DNA of 64,000 nt from NCBI GenBank assembly GCA_964057225.1, contig OZ059894.1:5084001-5148000 (forward strand), given 5' to 3'. Source of the DNA: Auanema rhodensis (taxonomy: Eukaryota; Animalia; Nematoda). The notes under the pieces were generated by a model. It saw nothing but the letters and a program-made list of their open reading frames with translations. It did no database searches and had not been told where the DNA came from. Positions 47,601-62,600 of this stretch are shown one piece after another. How positions within the stretch are numbered: the stretch's first letter is position 1; each line of letters opens with the position of its first letter. Made by a program: the position numbers and the translations under genes.

Positions 47601-50600
47601 ACTTGGTATGTAACTCGCTTCACGTGAAAGATAAAGAGATGCGGTTTTCAAAATTAGATTTCGCATGTCCATATTAGTCTAAAAACAAATTTTTATTGAT
47701 ATTGGTGCATGGTAACCATGACTTTAAAATTTACGTGAACTTTAATTTATGCTAATTAAGTGAACACATGATGTGCACTTGGTATGTAACTCGCTTCACG
47801 TGAAAGATAAAGAGATGCGGTTTTCAAAATTAGATTCCTCATGTCCATATTAGTCTAAAAACAAATTTTTGTTGATATTGGTGGATGGTAACCATGACTT
47901 TCAAATTTACGTGAACTTCAATTTATGCTAATTAAGTGTACACGTGATGTGCACTTGGTACGTAATTCGCTTCAAGTCAAAGATAAAGAGATGCGGTTTT
48001 CAAAATTAGATTTCCCATGTCCATATTAGTCTAAAAACAAATTTTTATTGATATTGATGCATGGTAACCATGACTTTGAAATTTACGTGAACTTTAATTT
48101 ATGCTAATTAAGTGTACACATGATGTGCACTTGGTATGTAACTGGCTTCACGTCAAAGATAAAGAGATGCGGTTTTCAAAATTAGATTTCCCATGTCCAT
48201 ATTAGTCTAAAAACAAATTTTTATTAATATTGGTGCATGGTAACCATGACTTTAAAATTTACGTGAACTTTAATTTATGCTAGTTAAGTGTACACGTGAT
48301 GTGCACTTGGTATGTAACTCGCTTCACGTCAAAGATAAAGAGATGCGGTTTTCAAAATTAGATTCCCCATGTCCATATTAGTCTAAAAACAAATTTTTAT
48401 TAATATTGGTGCATGGTAACCATGACTTTAAAATTTACGTGAACTTTAATTTATGCTAATTAAGTGTACACATGATGTGCACTTGCTATGTAACTCGCTT
48501 CAAGTGAAAGATAAAGAGATGCGGTTTTCAAAATTAGATTTCGCATGTCCATATTAGTCTAAAAACAAATTTTTATTGATATTGGTGCATGGTAACCATG
48601 ACTTTAAAATTTACGTGAACTTTAATTTATGCTAATTAAGTGAACACATGATGTGCACTTGGTATGTAACTCGCTTCACGTGAAAGATGAAGAGATGCGG
48701 TTTCCAAAATTAGATTCCTCATGTCCATATCAGTCTAAAAACAAATTTTTATTAATATTGGTGCATGGTAACCATGACTTTAAAATTTACGTGAACTTTA
48801 ATTTATGCTAATCAAGTGTACACATGATGTGCACTTGGTATGTAACTCGCTTCACGTCAAAGATAAAGAGATGCGGTTTTCAAAATTAGATTCTTCATGT
48901 CCATATTAGTCTAAAAACGAATTTTTATTGATATTGATGCATGGTAACCATGACTTTGAAATTTACGTGAACTTTAATTTATGCTTATTAAGTGTACACG
49001 TGATGTGCACTTGGTATGTAACTCGCTTCACGTGAAAGATAAAGGGATGCGGTTTTCAAAATTAGATTCCTCATGTCCATATTAGTCTAAAAACGAATTT
49101 TTATTGATATTGGTGGATGGTAACCATGACTTTCAAATTTACGTGTACTTCAATTTATGCTAATTAAGTGTACACGTGATGTGCACTTGGTATGTAACTC
49201 GCTTCACGTCTAAGATAAAGAGATGCGGTTTTCAAAATTAGATTCCCGATGTCCATATTAGTCTAAAAACAAATTTTTGTTGATATTGGTGGATGGTAAC
49301 CATGACTTTCAAATTTACGTGAACTTCAATTTATGCTAATTAAGTGTACACGTGATGTGCACTTGGTATGTAACTCGCTTCAAGTCAAAGATAAAGAGAT
49401 GCGGTTTTCAAAATTAGATTCCCCATGTCCATATTAGTCTAAAAACAAATTTTTATTAATATTGGTGCATGGTAACCATGACTTTCAAATTTACGTGAAC
49501 TTCAATTTATGCTAATTAAGTGTACACGTGATGTGCACTTGGTATGTAACTCGCTTCAAGTCAAAGATAAAGAGATGCGGTTTTCAAAATTAGATTCCCC
49601 ATGTCCATATTAGTCTAAAAACAAATTTTTATTAATATTGGTGCATGGTAACCATGACTTTGAAATTTACGTGAACTTTAATTTATGCTAATTAAGTGTA
49701 CACATAATGTGCACTTGGTATGTAACTCGCTTCAAGTGAAAGATAAAGAGATGCGGTTTTCAAAATTAGATTTCGCATGTCCATATTAGTCTAAAAACAA
49801 ATTTTTATTGATATTGGTGCATGGTAACCATGACTTTAAAATTTACGTGAACTTTAATTTATGCTAATTAAGTGAACACATGATGTGCACTTGGTATGTA
49901 ACTCGCTTCACGTGAAAGATAAAGAGATGCGGTTTTCAAAATTAGATTCCTCATGTCCATATTAGTCTAAAAACAAATTTTTGTGGATATTGGTGGATGG
50001 TAACCATGACTTTCAAATTTACGTGAACTTCAATTTATGCTAATTAAGTGTACACGTGATGTGCACTTGGTACGTAATTCGCTTCAAGTCAAAGATAAAG
50101 AGATGCGGTTTTCAAAATTAGATTTCCCATGTCCATATTAGTCTAAAAACAAATTTTTATTAATATTGGTGCATGGTAACCATGACTTTAAAATTTACGT
50201 GAACTTTAATTTATGCTAATTAAGTGTACACGTGATGTGCACTTGGTATGTAACTCGCTTCAAGTGAAAGATAAAGAGATGCGGTTTTCAAAATTAGATT
50301 TCGCATGTCCATATTAGTCTAAAAACAAATTTTTATTGATATTGGTGCATGGTAACCATGACTTTAAAATTTACGTGAACTTTAATTTATGCTGATTAAG
50401 TGAACACATGATTTGCACTTGGTATGTAACTCGCTTCACGTGAAAGATAAAGAGATGCGGTTTTCAAAATTAGATTCCTCATGTCCATATTAGTCTAAAA
50501 ACAAATTTTTGTTGATATTGGTGGATGGTAACCATGACTTTCAAATTTATGTGTACTTCAATTTATGCTAATTAAGTGTACACGTGATGTGCACTTGGTA

Positions 50601-53600
50601 TGTAACTCGCTTCAAGTCAAAGATAAAGAGATGCGGTTTTCAAAATTAGATTTCGCATGTCCATATTAGTCTAAAAACAAATTTTTATTGATATTGATGC
50701 ATGGTAACCATGACTTTCAAATTTACGTGTACTTCAATTTATGCTAATTAAGTGTACACGTGATGTGCACTTGGTATGTAACTCGCTTCACGTCAAAGAT
50801 AAAGAGATGCGGTTTTCAAAATTAGATTCCCGATGTCCATATTAGTCTAAAAACAAATTTTTGTTGATATTGGTGGATGGTAACCATGACTTTCAAATTT
50901 ACGTGAACTTCAATTTATGCTAATTAAGTGTACACGTGATGTGCACTTGGTACGTAATTCGCTTCAAGTCAAAGATAAAGAGATGCGGTTTTCAAAATTA
51001 GATTTCGCATGTCCATATTAGTCTAAAAACAAATTTTTATTGATATTGGTGCATGGTAACCATGACTTTAAAATTTACGTGAACTTTAATTTATGCTGAT
51101 TAAGTGAACACATGATGTGCACTTGGTATGTAACTCGCTTCACGTGAAAGATAAAGGGATGCGGTTTCCAAAATTAGATTCCTCATGTCCATATTAGTCT
51201 AAAAACGAATTTTTGTTGATATTGGTGGATGGTAACCATGACTTTCAAATTTACGTGTACTTCAATTTATGCTAATTAAGTGTACACGTGATGTGCACTT
51301 GGTATGTAACTCGCTTCACGTCAAAGATAAAGAGATGCGGTTTTCAAAATTAGATTCCCGATGTCCATATTAGTCTAAAAACAAATTTTTATTGATATTG
51401 GTGCATGGTAACCATGACTTTGAAATTTACGTGAACTTTAATTTATGCTAATTAAGTGTACACGTGATGTGCACTTGGTATGTAACTCGCTTCACGTGAA
51501 AGATGAAGAGATGCGGTTTTCAAAATTAGATTCCCCATGTCCATATTAGTCTAAAAACAAATTTTTGTTGATATTGGTGGATGGTAACCATGACTTTCAA
51601 ATTTACGTGAACTTCAATTTATGCTAATTAAGTGTACACGTGATGTGCACTTGGTATGTAACTCGCTTCAAGTCAAAGATAAAGAGATGCGGTTTTCAAA
51701 ATTAGATTCCCCATGTCCATATTAGTCTAAAAACAAATTTTTATTAATATTGGTGCATGGTAACCATGACTTTGAAATTTACGTGAACTTTAATTTATGC
51801 TAATTAAGTGTACACATAATGTGCACTTGGTATGTAACTCGCTTCAAGTGAAAGATAAAGAGATGCGGTTTTCAAAATTAGATTTCGCATGTCCATATTA
51901 GTCTAAAAACAAATTTTTGTTGATATTGGTGGATGGTAACCATGACTTTCAAATTTACGTGAACTTCAATTTATGCTAATTAAGTGTACACGTGATGTGC
52001 ACTTGGTATGTAACTCGCTTCAAGTCAAAGATAAAGAGATGCGGTTTTCAAAATTAGATTCCCCATGTCCATATTAGTCTAAAAACAAATTTTTATTAAT
52101 ATTGGTGCATGGTAACCATGACTTTGAAATTTACGTGAACTTTAATTTATGCTAATTAAGTGTACACATAATGTGCACTTGGTATGTAACTCGCTTCAAG
52201 TGAAAGATAAAGAGATGCGGTTTTCAAAATTAGATTTCGCATGTCCATATTAGTCTAAAAACAAATTTTTGTTGATATTGGTGGATGGTAACCATGACTT
52301 TCAAATTTACGTGAACTTCAATTTATGCTAATTAAGTGTACACATAATGTGCACTTGGTATGTAACTCGCTTCACGTGAAAGATAAAGAGATGCGGTTTT
52401 CAAAATTAGATTCCTCATGTCCATATTAGTCTAAAAACAAATTTTTGTTGATATTGGTGGATGGTAACCATGACTTTCAAATTTACGTGAACTTCAATTT
52501 ATGCTAATTAAGTGTACACGTGATGTGCACTTGGTACGTAATTCGCTTCAAGTCAAAGATAAAGAGATGCGGTTTTCAAAATTAGATTTCCCATGTCCAT
52601 ATTAGTCTAAAAACAAATTTTTATTTATATTGGTGCATGGTAACCATGACTTTAAAATTTACGTGAACTTTAATTTATGCTAATTAAGTGTACACGTGAT
52701 GTGCACTTGGTATGTAACTCGCTTCAAGTGAAAGATAAAGAGATGCGGTTTTCAAAATTAGATTTCGCATGTCCATATTAGTCTAAAAACAAATTTTTAT
52801 TGATATTGGTGCATGGTAACCATGACTTTAAAATTTACGTGAACTTTAATTTATGCTGATTGAGTGAACACATGATTTGCACTTGGTATGTAACTCGCTT
52901 CACGTGAAAGATAAAGAGATGCGGTTTTCAAAATTAGATTCCTCATGTCCATATTAGTCTAAAAACAAATTTTTGTTGATATTGGTGGATGGTAACCATG
53001 ACTTTCAAATTTACGTGTACTTCAATTTATGCTAATTAAGTGTACACGTGATGTGCACTTGGTATGTAACTCGCTTCACGTTAAAGATAAAGAGATGCGG
53101 TTTTCAAAATTAGATTCCCGATGTCCATGTTAGTCTAAAAACAAATTTTTGTTGATATTGGTGGATGGTAACCATGACTTTCAAATTTACGTGAACTTCA
53201 ATTTATGCTAATTAAGTGTACACGTGATGTGCACTTGGTACGTAATTCGCTTCAAGTCAAAGATAAAGAGATGCGGTTTTCAAAATTAGATTTCGCATGT
53301 CCATATTAGTCTAAAAACAAATTTTTATTGATATTGGTGCATGGTAACCATGACTTTAAAATTTACGTGAACTTTAATTTATGCTGATTAAGTGAACACA
53401 TGATGTGCACTTGGTATGTAACTCGCTTCACGTGAAAGATAAAGAGATGCGCTTTTCAAAATTAGATTCCTCATGTCCATATTAGTCTAAAAACGAATTT
53501 TTATTGATATTGATGCATGGTAACCATGACTTTGAAATTTACGTGAACTTTAATTTATGCTTATTAAGTGTACACGTGATGTGCACTTGGTATGTAACTC

Positions 53601-56600
53601 GCTTCACGTGAAAGATAAAGGGATGCGGTTTCCAAAATTAGATTCCTCATGTCCATATTAGTCTAAAAACAAATTTTTGTTGATATTGGTGGATGGTAAC
53701 CATGACTTTCAAATTTACGTGTACTTCAATTTATGCTAATTAAGTGTACACGTGATGTGCACTTGGTATGTAACTCGCTTCACGTCAAAGATAAAGAGAT
53801 GCGGTTTTCAAAATTAGATTCCCGATGTCCATATTAGTCTAAAAACAAATTTTTATTGATATTGGTGCATGGTAACCATGACTTTGAAATTTACGTGAAC
53901 TTTAATTTATGCTAATTAAGTGTACACGTGATGTGCACTTGGTATGTAACTCGCTTCACGTGAAAGATAAAGAGATGCGGTTTTCAAAATTAGATTTCGC
54001 ATGTCCATATTAGTCTTAAAACAAATTTTTATTGATATTGGTGCATGGTAACCATGACTTTGAAATTTACGTGAACTTTAATTTATGCTAATTAAGTGTA
54101 CACGTGATGTGCACTTGGTATGTAACTCGCTTCACGTGAAAGATGAAGAGATGCGGTTTTCAAAATTAGATTCCCCATGTCCATATTAGTCTTAAAACAA
54201 ATTTTTGTTGATATTGGTGAATGTTAACCATGACTTTCAAATTTACGTGAACTTCAATTTATGCTAATTAAGTGTACACGTGATGTGCACTTGGTATGTA
54301 ACTCGCTTCACGTCAAAGATAAAGAGATGCGGTTTTCAAAATTAGATTCCCGATGTCCATATTAGTCTAAAAACAAATTTTTGTTGATATTGGTGGATGG
54401 TAACCATGACTTTCAAATTTACGTGAACTTTAATTTATGCTAATTAAGTGTACACGTGATGTGCACTTGGTACGTAATTCGCTTCAAGTCAAAGATAAAG
54501 AGATGCGGTTTTCAAAATTAGATTTCCCATGTCCAGATTAGTCTAAAAACAAATTTTTATTAATATTGGTGCATGGTAACCATGACTTTAAAATTTACGT
54601 GAACTTTAATTTATGCTAATTAAGTGTACACGTGATGTGCACTTGGTATGTAACTCGCTTCAAGTGAAAGATAAAGAGATGCGGTTTTCAAAATTAGATT
54701 TCGCATGTCCATATTAGTCTTAAAACAAATTTTTATTGATATTGGTGCATGGTAACCATGACTTTAAAATTTACGTGAACTTTAATTTATGCTAATTAAG
54801 TGAACACATGATGTGCACTTGGTATGTAACTCGCTTCACGTGAAAGATAAAGAGATGCGGTTTTCAAAATTAGATTCCTCATGTCCATTTTAGTCTAAAA
54901 ACGAATTTTTATTGATATTGATGCATGGTAACCATGACTTTGAAATTTACGTGAACTTTAATTTATGCTTATTAAGTGTACACGTGATGTGCACTTGGTA
55001 TGTAACTCGCTTCACGTAAAAGATAAAGGGATGCGGTTTCCAAAATTAGATTCCCGATGTCCATATTAGTCTAAAAACAAATTTTTATTGATATTGGTGC
55101 ATGGTAACCATGACTTTGAAATTTACGTAAACTTTAATTTATGCTAATTAAGTGTACACGTGATGTGCACTTGGTACGTAATTCGCTTCAAGTCAAAGAT
55201 AAAGAGATGCGGTTTTCAAAATTAGATTCCCCATGTCCATATTAGTCTAAAAACAAATTTTTATTGATATTGGTGCATGGTAACCATGACTTTGAAATTT
55301 ACGTGAACTTTAATTTATGCTAATTAAGTGTACACGTGATGTGCACTTGGTATGTAACTCGCTTCACGTGAAAGATAAAGAGATGCGGTTTTCAAAATTA
55401 GATTTCGCATGTCCATATTAGTCTTAAAACAAATTTTTATTGATATTGGTGCATGGTAACCATGACTTTGAAATTTACGTGAACTTTAATTTATGCTAAT
55501 TAAGTGTACACGTGATGTGCACTTGGTATGTAACTCGCTTCACGTGAAAGATGAAGAGATGCGGTTTTCAAAATTAGATTCCCCATGTCCATATTAGTCT
55601 TAAAACAAATTTTTGTTGATATTGGTGAATGTTAACCATGACTTTCAAATTTACGTGAACTTCAATTTATGCTAATTAAGTGTACACGTGATGTGCACTT
55701 GGTACGTAATTCGCTTCAAGTCAAAGATAAAGAGATGCGGTTTTCAAAATTAGATTTCGCATGTCCATATTAGTCTAAAAACAAATTTTTATTGATATTG
55801 GTGCATGGTAACCATGACTTTAAAATTTACGTGAACTTTAATTTATGCTAATTAAGTGTACACGTGATGTGCACTTGGTATGTAACTCGCTTCACGTGAA
55901 AGATAAAGAGATGCGGTTTTCAAAATTAGATTTCGCATGTCCATATTAGTCTTAAAACAAATTTTTATTGATATTGGTGCATGGTAACCATGACTTTGAA
56001 ATTTACGTGAACTTTAATTTATGCTAATTAAGTGTACACGTGATGTGCACTTGGTATGTAACTCGCTTCACGTGAAAGATGAAGAGATGCGGTTTTCAAA
56101 ATTAGATTCCCCATGTCCATATTAGTCTTAAAACAAATTTTTGTTGATATTGGTGAATGTTAACCATGACTTTCAAATTTACGTGAACTTCAATTTATGC
56201 TAATTAAGTGTACACGTGATGTGCACTTGGTACGTAATTCGCTTCAAGTCAAAGATAAAGAGATGCGGTTTTCAAAATTAGATTTCGCATGTCCATATTA
56301 GTCTAAAAACAAATTTTTATTGATATTGGTGCATGGTAACCATGACTTTAAAATTTACGTGAACTTTAATTTATGCTGATTAAGTGAACACATGATGTGC
56401 ACTTGGTATGTAACTCGCTTCACGTGAAAGATAAAGAGATGCGCTTTTCAAAATTAGATTCCTCATGTCCATATTAGTCTAAAAACGAATTTTTATTGAT
56501 ATTGATGCATGGTAACCATGACTTTGAAATTTACGTGAACTTTAATTTATGCTTATTAAGTGTACACGTGATGTGCACTTGGTATGTAACTCGCTTCACG

Positions 56601-59600
56601 TGAAAGATAAAGGGATGCGGTTTCCAAAATTAGATTCCTCATGTCCATATTAGTCTAAAAACAAATTTTTGTTGATATTGGTGGATGGTAACCATGACTT
56701 TCAAATTTACGTGTACTTCAATTTATGCTAATTAAGTGTACACGTGATGTGCACTTGGTATGTAACTCGCTTCACGTCAAAGATAAAGAGATGCGGTTTT
56801 CAAAATTAGATTCCCGATGTCCATATTAGTCTAAAAACAAATTTTTATTGATATTGGTGCATGGTAACCATGACTTTGAAATTTACGTGAACTTTAATTT
56901 ATGCTAATTAAGTGTACACGTGATGTGCACTTGGTATGTAACTCGCTTCACGTGAAAGATAAAGAGATGCGGTTTTCAAAATTAGATTTCGCATGTCCAT
57001 ATTAGTCTTAAAACAAATTTTTATTGATATTGGTGCATGGTAACCATGACTTTGAAATTTACGTGAACTTTAATTTATGCTAATTAAGTGTACACGTGAT
57101 GTGCACTTGGTATGTAACTCGCTTCACGTGAAAGATGAAGAGATGCGGTTTTCAAAATTAGATTCCCCATGTCCATATTAGTCTTAAAACAAATTTTTGT
57201 TGATATTGGTGAATGTTAACCATGACTTTCAAATTTACGTGAACTTCAATTTATGCTAATTAAGTGTACACGTGATGTGCACTTGGTATGTAACTCGCTT
57301 CACGTCAAAGATAAAGAGATGCGGTTTTCAAAATTAGATTCCCGATGTCCATATTAGTCTAAAAACAAATTTTTGTTGATATTGGTGGATGGTAACCATG
57401 ACTTTCAAATTTACGTGAACTTTAATTTATGCTAATTAAGTGTACACGTGATGTGCACTTGGTACGTAATTCGCTTCAAGTCAAAGATAAAGAGATGCGG
57501 TTTTCAAAATTAGATTTCCCATGTCCAGATTAGTCTAAAAACAAATTTTTATTAATATTGGTGCATGGTAACCATGACTTTAAAATTTACGTGAACTTTA
57601 ATTTATGCTAATTAAGTGTACACGTGATGTGCACTTGGTATGTAACTCGCTTCAAGTGAAAGATAAAGAGATGCGGTTTTCAAAATTAGATTTCGCATGT
57701 CCATATTAGTCTTAAAACAAATTTTTATTGATATTGGTGCATGGTAACCATGACTTTAAAATTTACGTGAACTTTAATTTATGCTAATTAAGTGAACACA
57801 TGATGTGCACTTGGTATGTAACTCGCTTCACGTGAAAGATAAAGAGATGCGGTTTTCAAAATTAGATTCCTCATGTCCATTTTAATCTAAAAACGAATTT
57901 TTATTGATATTGATGCATGGTAACCATGACTTTGAAATTTACGTGAACTTTAATTTATGCTAATTAAGTGTACACATGATGTGCACTTGGTATGTAACTC
58001 GCTTCACGTCAAAGATAAAGAGATGCGGTTTTCAAAATTAGATTCCCCATGTCCATATTAGTCTAAAAACAAATTTTTATTAATATTGGTGCATGGTAAC
58101 CATGACTTTAAAATTTACGTGAACTTTAATTTATGCTAATTAAGTGTACACATGATGTGCACTTGGTACGTAATTCGCTTCAAGTCAAAGATAAAGAGAT
58201 GCGGTTTTCAAAATTAGATTTCCCATGTCCAGATTAGTCTAAAAACAAATTTTTATTAATATTGGTGCATGGTAACCATGACTTTAAAATTTACGTGAAC
58301 TTTAATTTATGCTAATTAAGTGTACACGTGATGTGCACTTGGTATGTAACTCGCTTCAAGTGAAAGATAAAGAGATGCGGTTTTCAAAATTAGATTTCGC
58401 ATGTCCATATTAGTCTTAAAACAAATTTTTATTGATATTGGTGCATGGTAACCATGACTTTAAAATTTACGTGAACTTTAATTTATGCTAATTAAGTGAA
58501 CACATGATGTGCACTTGGTATGTAACTCGCTTCACGTGAAAGATAAAGAGATGCGGTTTTCAAAATTAGATTCCTCATGTCCATTTTAATCTAAAAACGA
58601 ATTTTTATTGATATTGATGCATGGTAACCATGACTTTGAAATTTACGTGAACTTTAATTTATGCTTATTAAGTGTACACGTGATGTGCACTTGGTATGTA
58701 ACTCGCTTCACGTAAAAGATAAAGGGATGCGGTTTCCAAAATTAGATTCCCGATGTCCATATTAGTCTAAAAACAAATTTTTATTGATATTGGTGCATGG
58801 TAACCATGACTTTGAAATTTACGTAAACTTTAATTTATGCTAATTAAGTGTACACGTGATGTGCACTTGGTACGTAATTCGCTTCAAGTCAAAGATAAAG
58901 AGATGCGGTTTTCAAAATTAGATTCCCCATGTCCATATTAGTCTAAAAACAAATTTTTATTGATATTGGTGCATGGTAACCATGACTTTGAAATTTACGT
59001 GAACTTTAATTTATGCTAATTAAGTGTACACGTGATGTGCACTTGGTATGTAACTCGCTTCACGTGAAAGATGAAGAGATGCGGTTTTCAAAATTAGATT
59101 TCCCATGTCCATATTAGTCTAAAAACAAATTTTTATTAAAATTGGTGCATGGTAACCATGACTTTAAAATTTACGTGAACTTTAATTTATGCTAATTAAG
59201 TGTACACGTGATGTGCACTTGGTATGTAACTCGCTTCAAGTGAAAGATAAAGAGATGCGGTTTTCAAAATTAGATTTCGCATGTCCATATTAGTCTAAAA
59301 ACGAATTTTTATTGATATTGATGCATGGTAACCATGACTTTGAAATTTACGTGAACTTTAATTTATGCTAATTAAGTGTACACATAATGTGCACTTGGTA
59401 TGTAACTCGCTTCAAGTGAAAGATAAAGAGATGCGGTTTTCAAAATTAGATTTCGCATGTCCATATTAGTCTAAAAACGAATTTTTATTGATATTGATGC
59501 ATGGTAACCATGACTTTGAAATTTACGTGAACTTTAATTTATGCTTATTAAGTGTACACGTGATGTGCACTTGGTATGTAACTCGCTTCACGTGAAAGAT

Positions 59601-62600
59601 AAAGGGATGCGGTTTCCAAAATTAGATTCCCGATGTCCATATTAGTCTAAAAACAAATTTTTATTGATATTGGTGCATGGTAACCATGACTTTGAAATTT
59701 ACGTAAACTTTAATTTATGCTAATTAAGTGTACACGTGATGTGCACTTGGTACGTAATTCGCTTCAAGTCAAAGATAAAGAGATGCGGTTTTCAAAATTA
59801 GATTCCCCATGTCCATATTAGTCTAAAAACAAATTTTTGTTGATATTGGTGGATGGTAACCATGACTTTCAAATTTACGTGAACTTCAATTTATGCTAAT
59901 TAAGTGTACACGTGATGTGCACTTGGTATGTAACTCGCTTCAAGTGAAAGATAAAGAGATGCGGTTTCCAAAATTAGATTCCTCATGTCCATATTAGTCT
60001 AAAAACAAATTTTTGTTGATATTGGTGGATGGTAACCATGACTTTCAAATTTACGTGTACTTCAATTTATGCTTATTAAGTGTACACGTGATGTGCACTT
60101 GGTATGTAACTCGCTTCACGTGAAAGATAAAGGGATGCGGTTTCCAAAATTAGATTCCCGATGTCCATATTAGTCTAAAAACAAATTTTTATTGATATTG
60201 GTGCATGGTAACCATGACTTTGAAATTTACGTAAACTTTAATTTATGCTAATTAAGTGTACACGTGATGTGCACTTGGTACGTAATTCGCTTCAAGTCAA
60301 AGATAAAGAGATGCGGTTTTCAAAATTAGATTCCCCATGTCCATATTAGTCTAAAAACAAATTTTTGTTGATATTGGTGGATGGTAACCATGACTTTCAA
60401 ATTTACGTGAACTTCAATTTATGCTAATTAAGTGTACACGTGATGTGCACTTGGTATGTAACTCGCTTCAAGTCAAAGATAAAGAGATGCGGTTTTCAAA
60501 ATTAGATTCCCCATGTCCATATTAGTCTAAAAACAAATTTTTATTAATATTGGTGCATGGTAACCATGACTTTGAAATTTACGTGAACTTTAATTTATGC
60601 TAATTAAGTGTACACATAATGTGCACTTGGTATGTAACTCGCTTCAAGTGAAAGATAAAGAGATGCGGTTTTTAAAATTAGATTTCGCATGTCCATATTA
60701 GTCTAAAAACAAATTTTTATTGATATTGGTGCATGGTAACCATGACTTTAAAATTTACGTGAACTTTAATTTATGCTAATTAAGTGAACACATGATGTGC
60801 ACTTGGTATGTAACTCGCTTCACGTGAAAGATAAAGAGATGCGGTTTTCAAAATTAGATTCCTCATGTCCATATTAGTCTAAAAACGAATTTTTATTGAT
60901 ATTGATGCATGGTAACCATGACTTTGAAATTTACGTGAACTTTAATTTATGCTAATTAAGTGTACACATAATGTGCACTTGGTATGTAACTCGCTTCAAG
61001 TGAAAGATAAAGAGATGCGGTTTTTAAAATTAGATTTCGCATGTCCATATTAGTCTAAAAACAAATTTTTATTGATATTGGTGCATGGTAACCATGACTT
61101 TAAAATTTACGTGAACTTTAATTTATGCTAATTAAGTGAACACATGATGTGCACTTGGTATGTAACTCGCTTCACGTGAAAGATAAAGAGATGCGGTTTT
61201 CAAAATTAGATTCCTCATGTCCATATTAGTCTAAAAACGAATTTTTATTGATATTGATGCATGGTAACCATGACTTTAAAATTTACGTGAACTTTAATTT
61301 ATGCTAATTAAGTGAACACATGATGTGCACTTGGTATGTAACTCGCTTCACGTGAAAGATAAAGAGATGCGGTTTTCAAAATTAGATTCCTCATGTCCAT
61401 ATTAGTCTAAAAACGAATTTTTATTGATATTGATGCATGGTAACCATGAATTTGAAATTTACGTGAACTTTAATTTATGCTAATTAAGTGTACACATGAT
61501 GTGCACTTGGTATGTAACTCGCTTCAAGTGAAAGATAAAGAGATGCGGTTTTCAAAATTAGATTTCGCATGTCCATATTAGTCTACAAACAAATTTTTAT
61601 TGATATTGGTGCATGGTAACCATGACTTTAAAATTTACGTGAACTTTAATTTATGCTAATTAAGTGTACACGTGATGTGCACTTGGTATGTAACTCGCTT
61701 CAAGTGAAAGATAAAGAGATGCGGTTTTCAAAATTAGATTTCGCATGTCCATATTAGTCTAAAAACGAATTTTTATTGATATTGATGCATGGTAACCATG
61801 ACTTTGAAATTTACGTGAACTTTAATTTATGCTAATTAAGTGTACACATAATGTGCACTTGGTATGTAACTCGCTTCAAGTGAAAGATAAAGAGATGCGG
61901 TTTTCAAAATTAGATTTCGCATGTCCATATTAGTCTAAAAACGAATTTTTATTGATATTGATGCATGGTAACCATGACTTTGAAATTTACGTGAACTTTA
62001 ATTTATGCTTATTAAGTGTACACGTGATGTGCACTTGGTATGTAACTCGCTTCACGTGAAAGATAAAGGGATGCGGTTTCCAAAATTAGATTCCCGATGT
62101 CCATATTAGTCTAAAAACAAATTTTTATTGATATTGGTGCATGGTAACCATGACTTTGAAATTTACGTAAACTTTAATTTATGCTAATTAAGTGTACACG
62201 TGATGTGCACTTGGTACGTAATTCACTTCAAGTCAAAGATAAAGAGATGCGGTTTTCAAAATTAGATTCCCCATGTCCATATTAGTCTAAAAACAAATTT
62301 TTGTTGATATTGGTGGATGGTAACCATGACTTTCAAATTTACGTGAACTTCAATTTATGCTAATTAAGTGTACACGTGATGTGCACTTGGTATGTAACTC
62401 GCTTCAAGTGAAAGATAAAGAGATGCGGTTTCCAAAATTAGATTCCTCATGTCCATATTAGTCTAAAAACAAATTTTTGTTGATATTGGTGGATGGTAAC
62501 CATGACTTTCAAATTTACGTGTACTTCAATTTATGCTTATTAAGTGTACACGTGATGTGCACTTGGTATGTAACTCGCTTCACGTGAAAGATAAAGGGAT

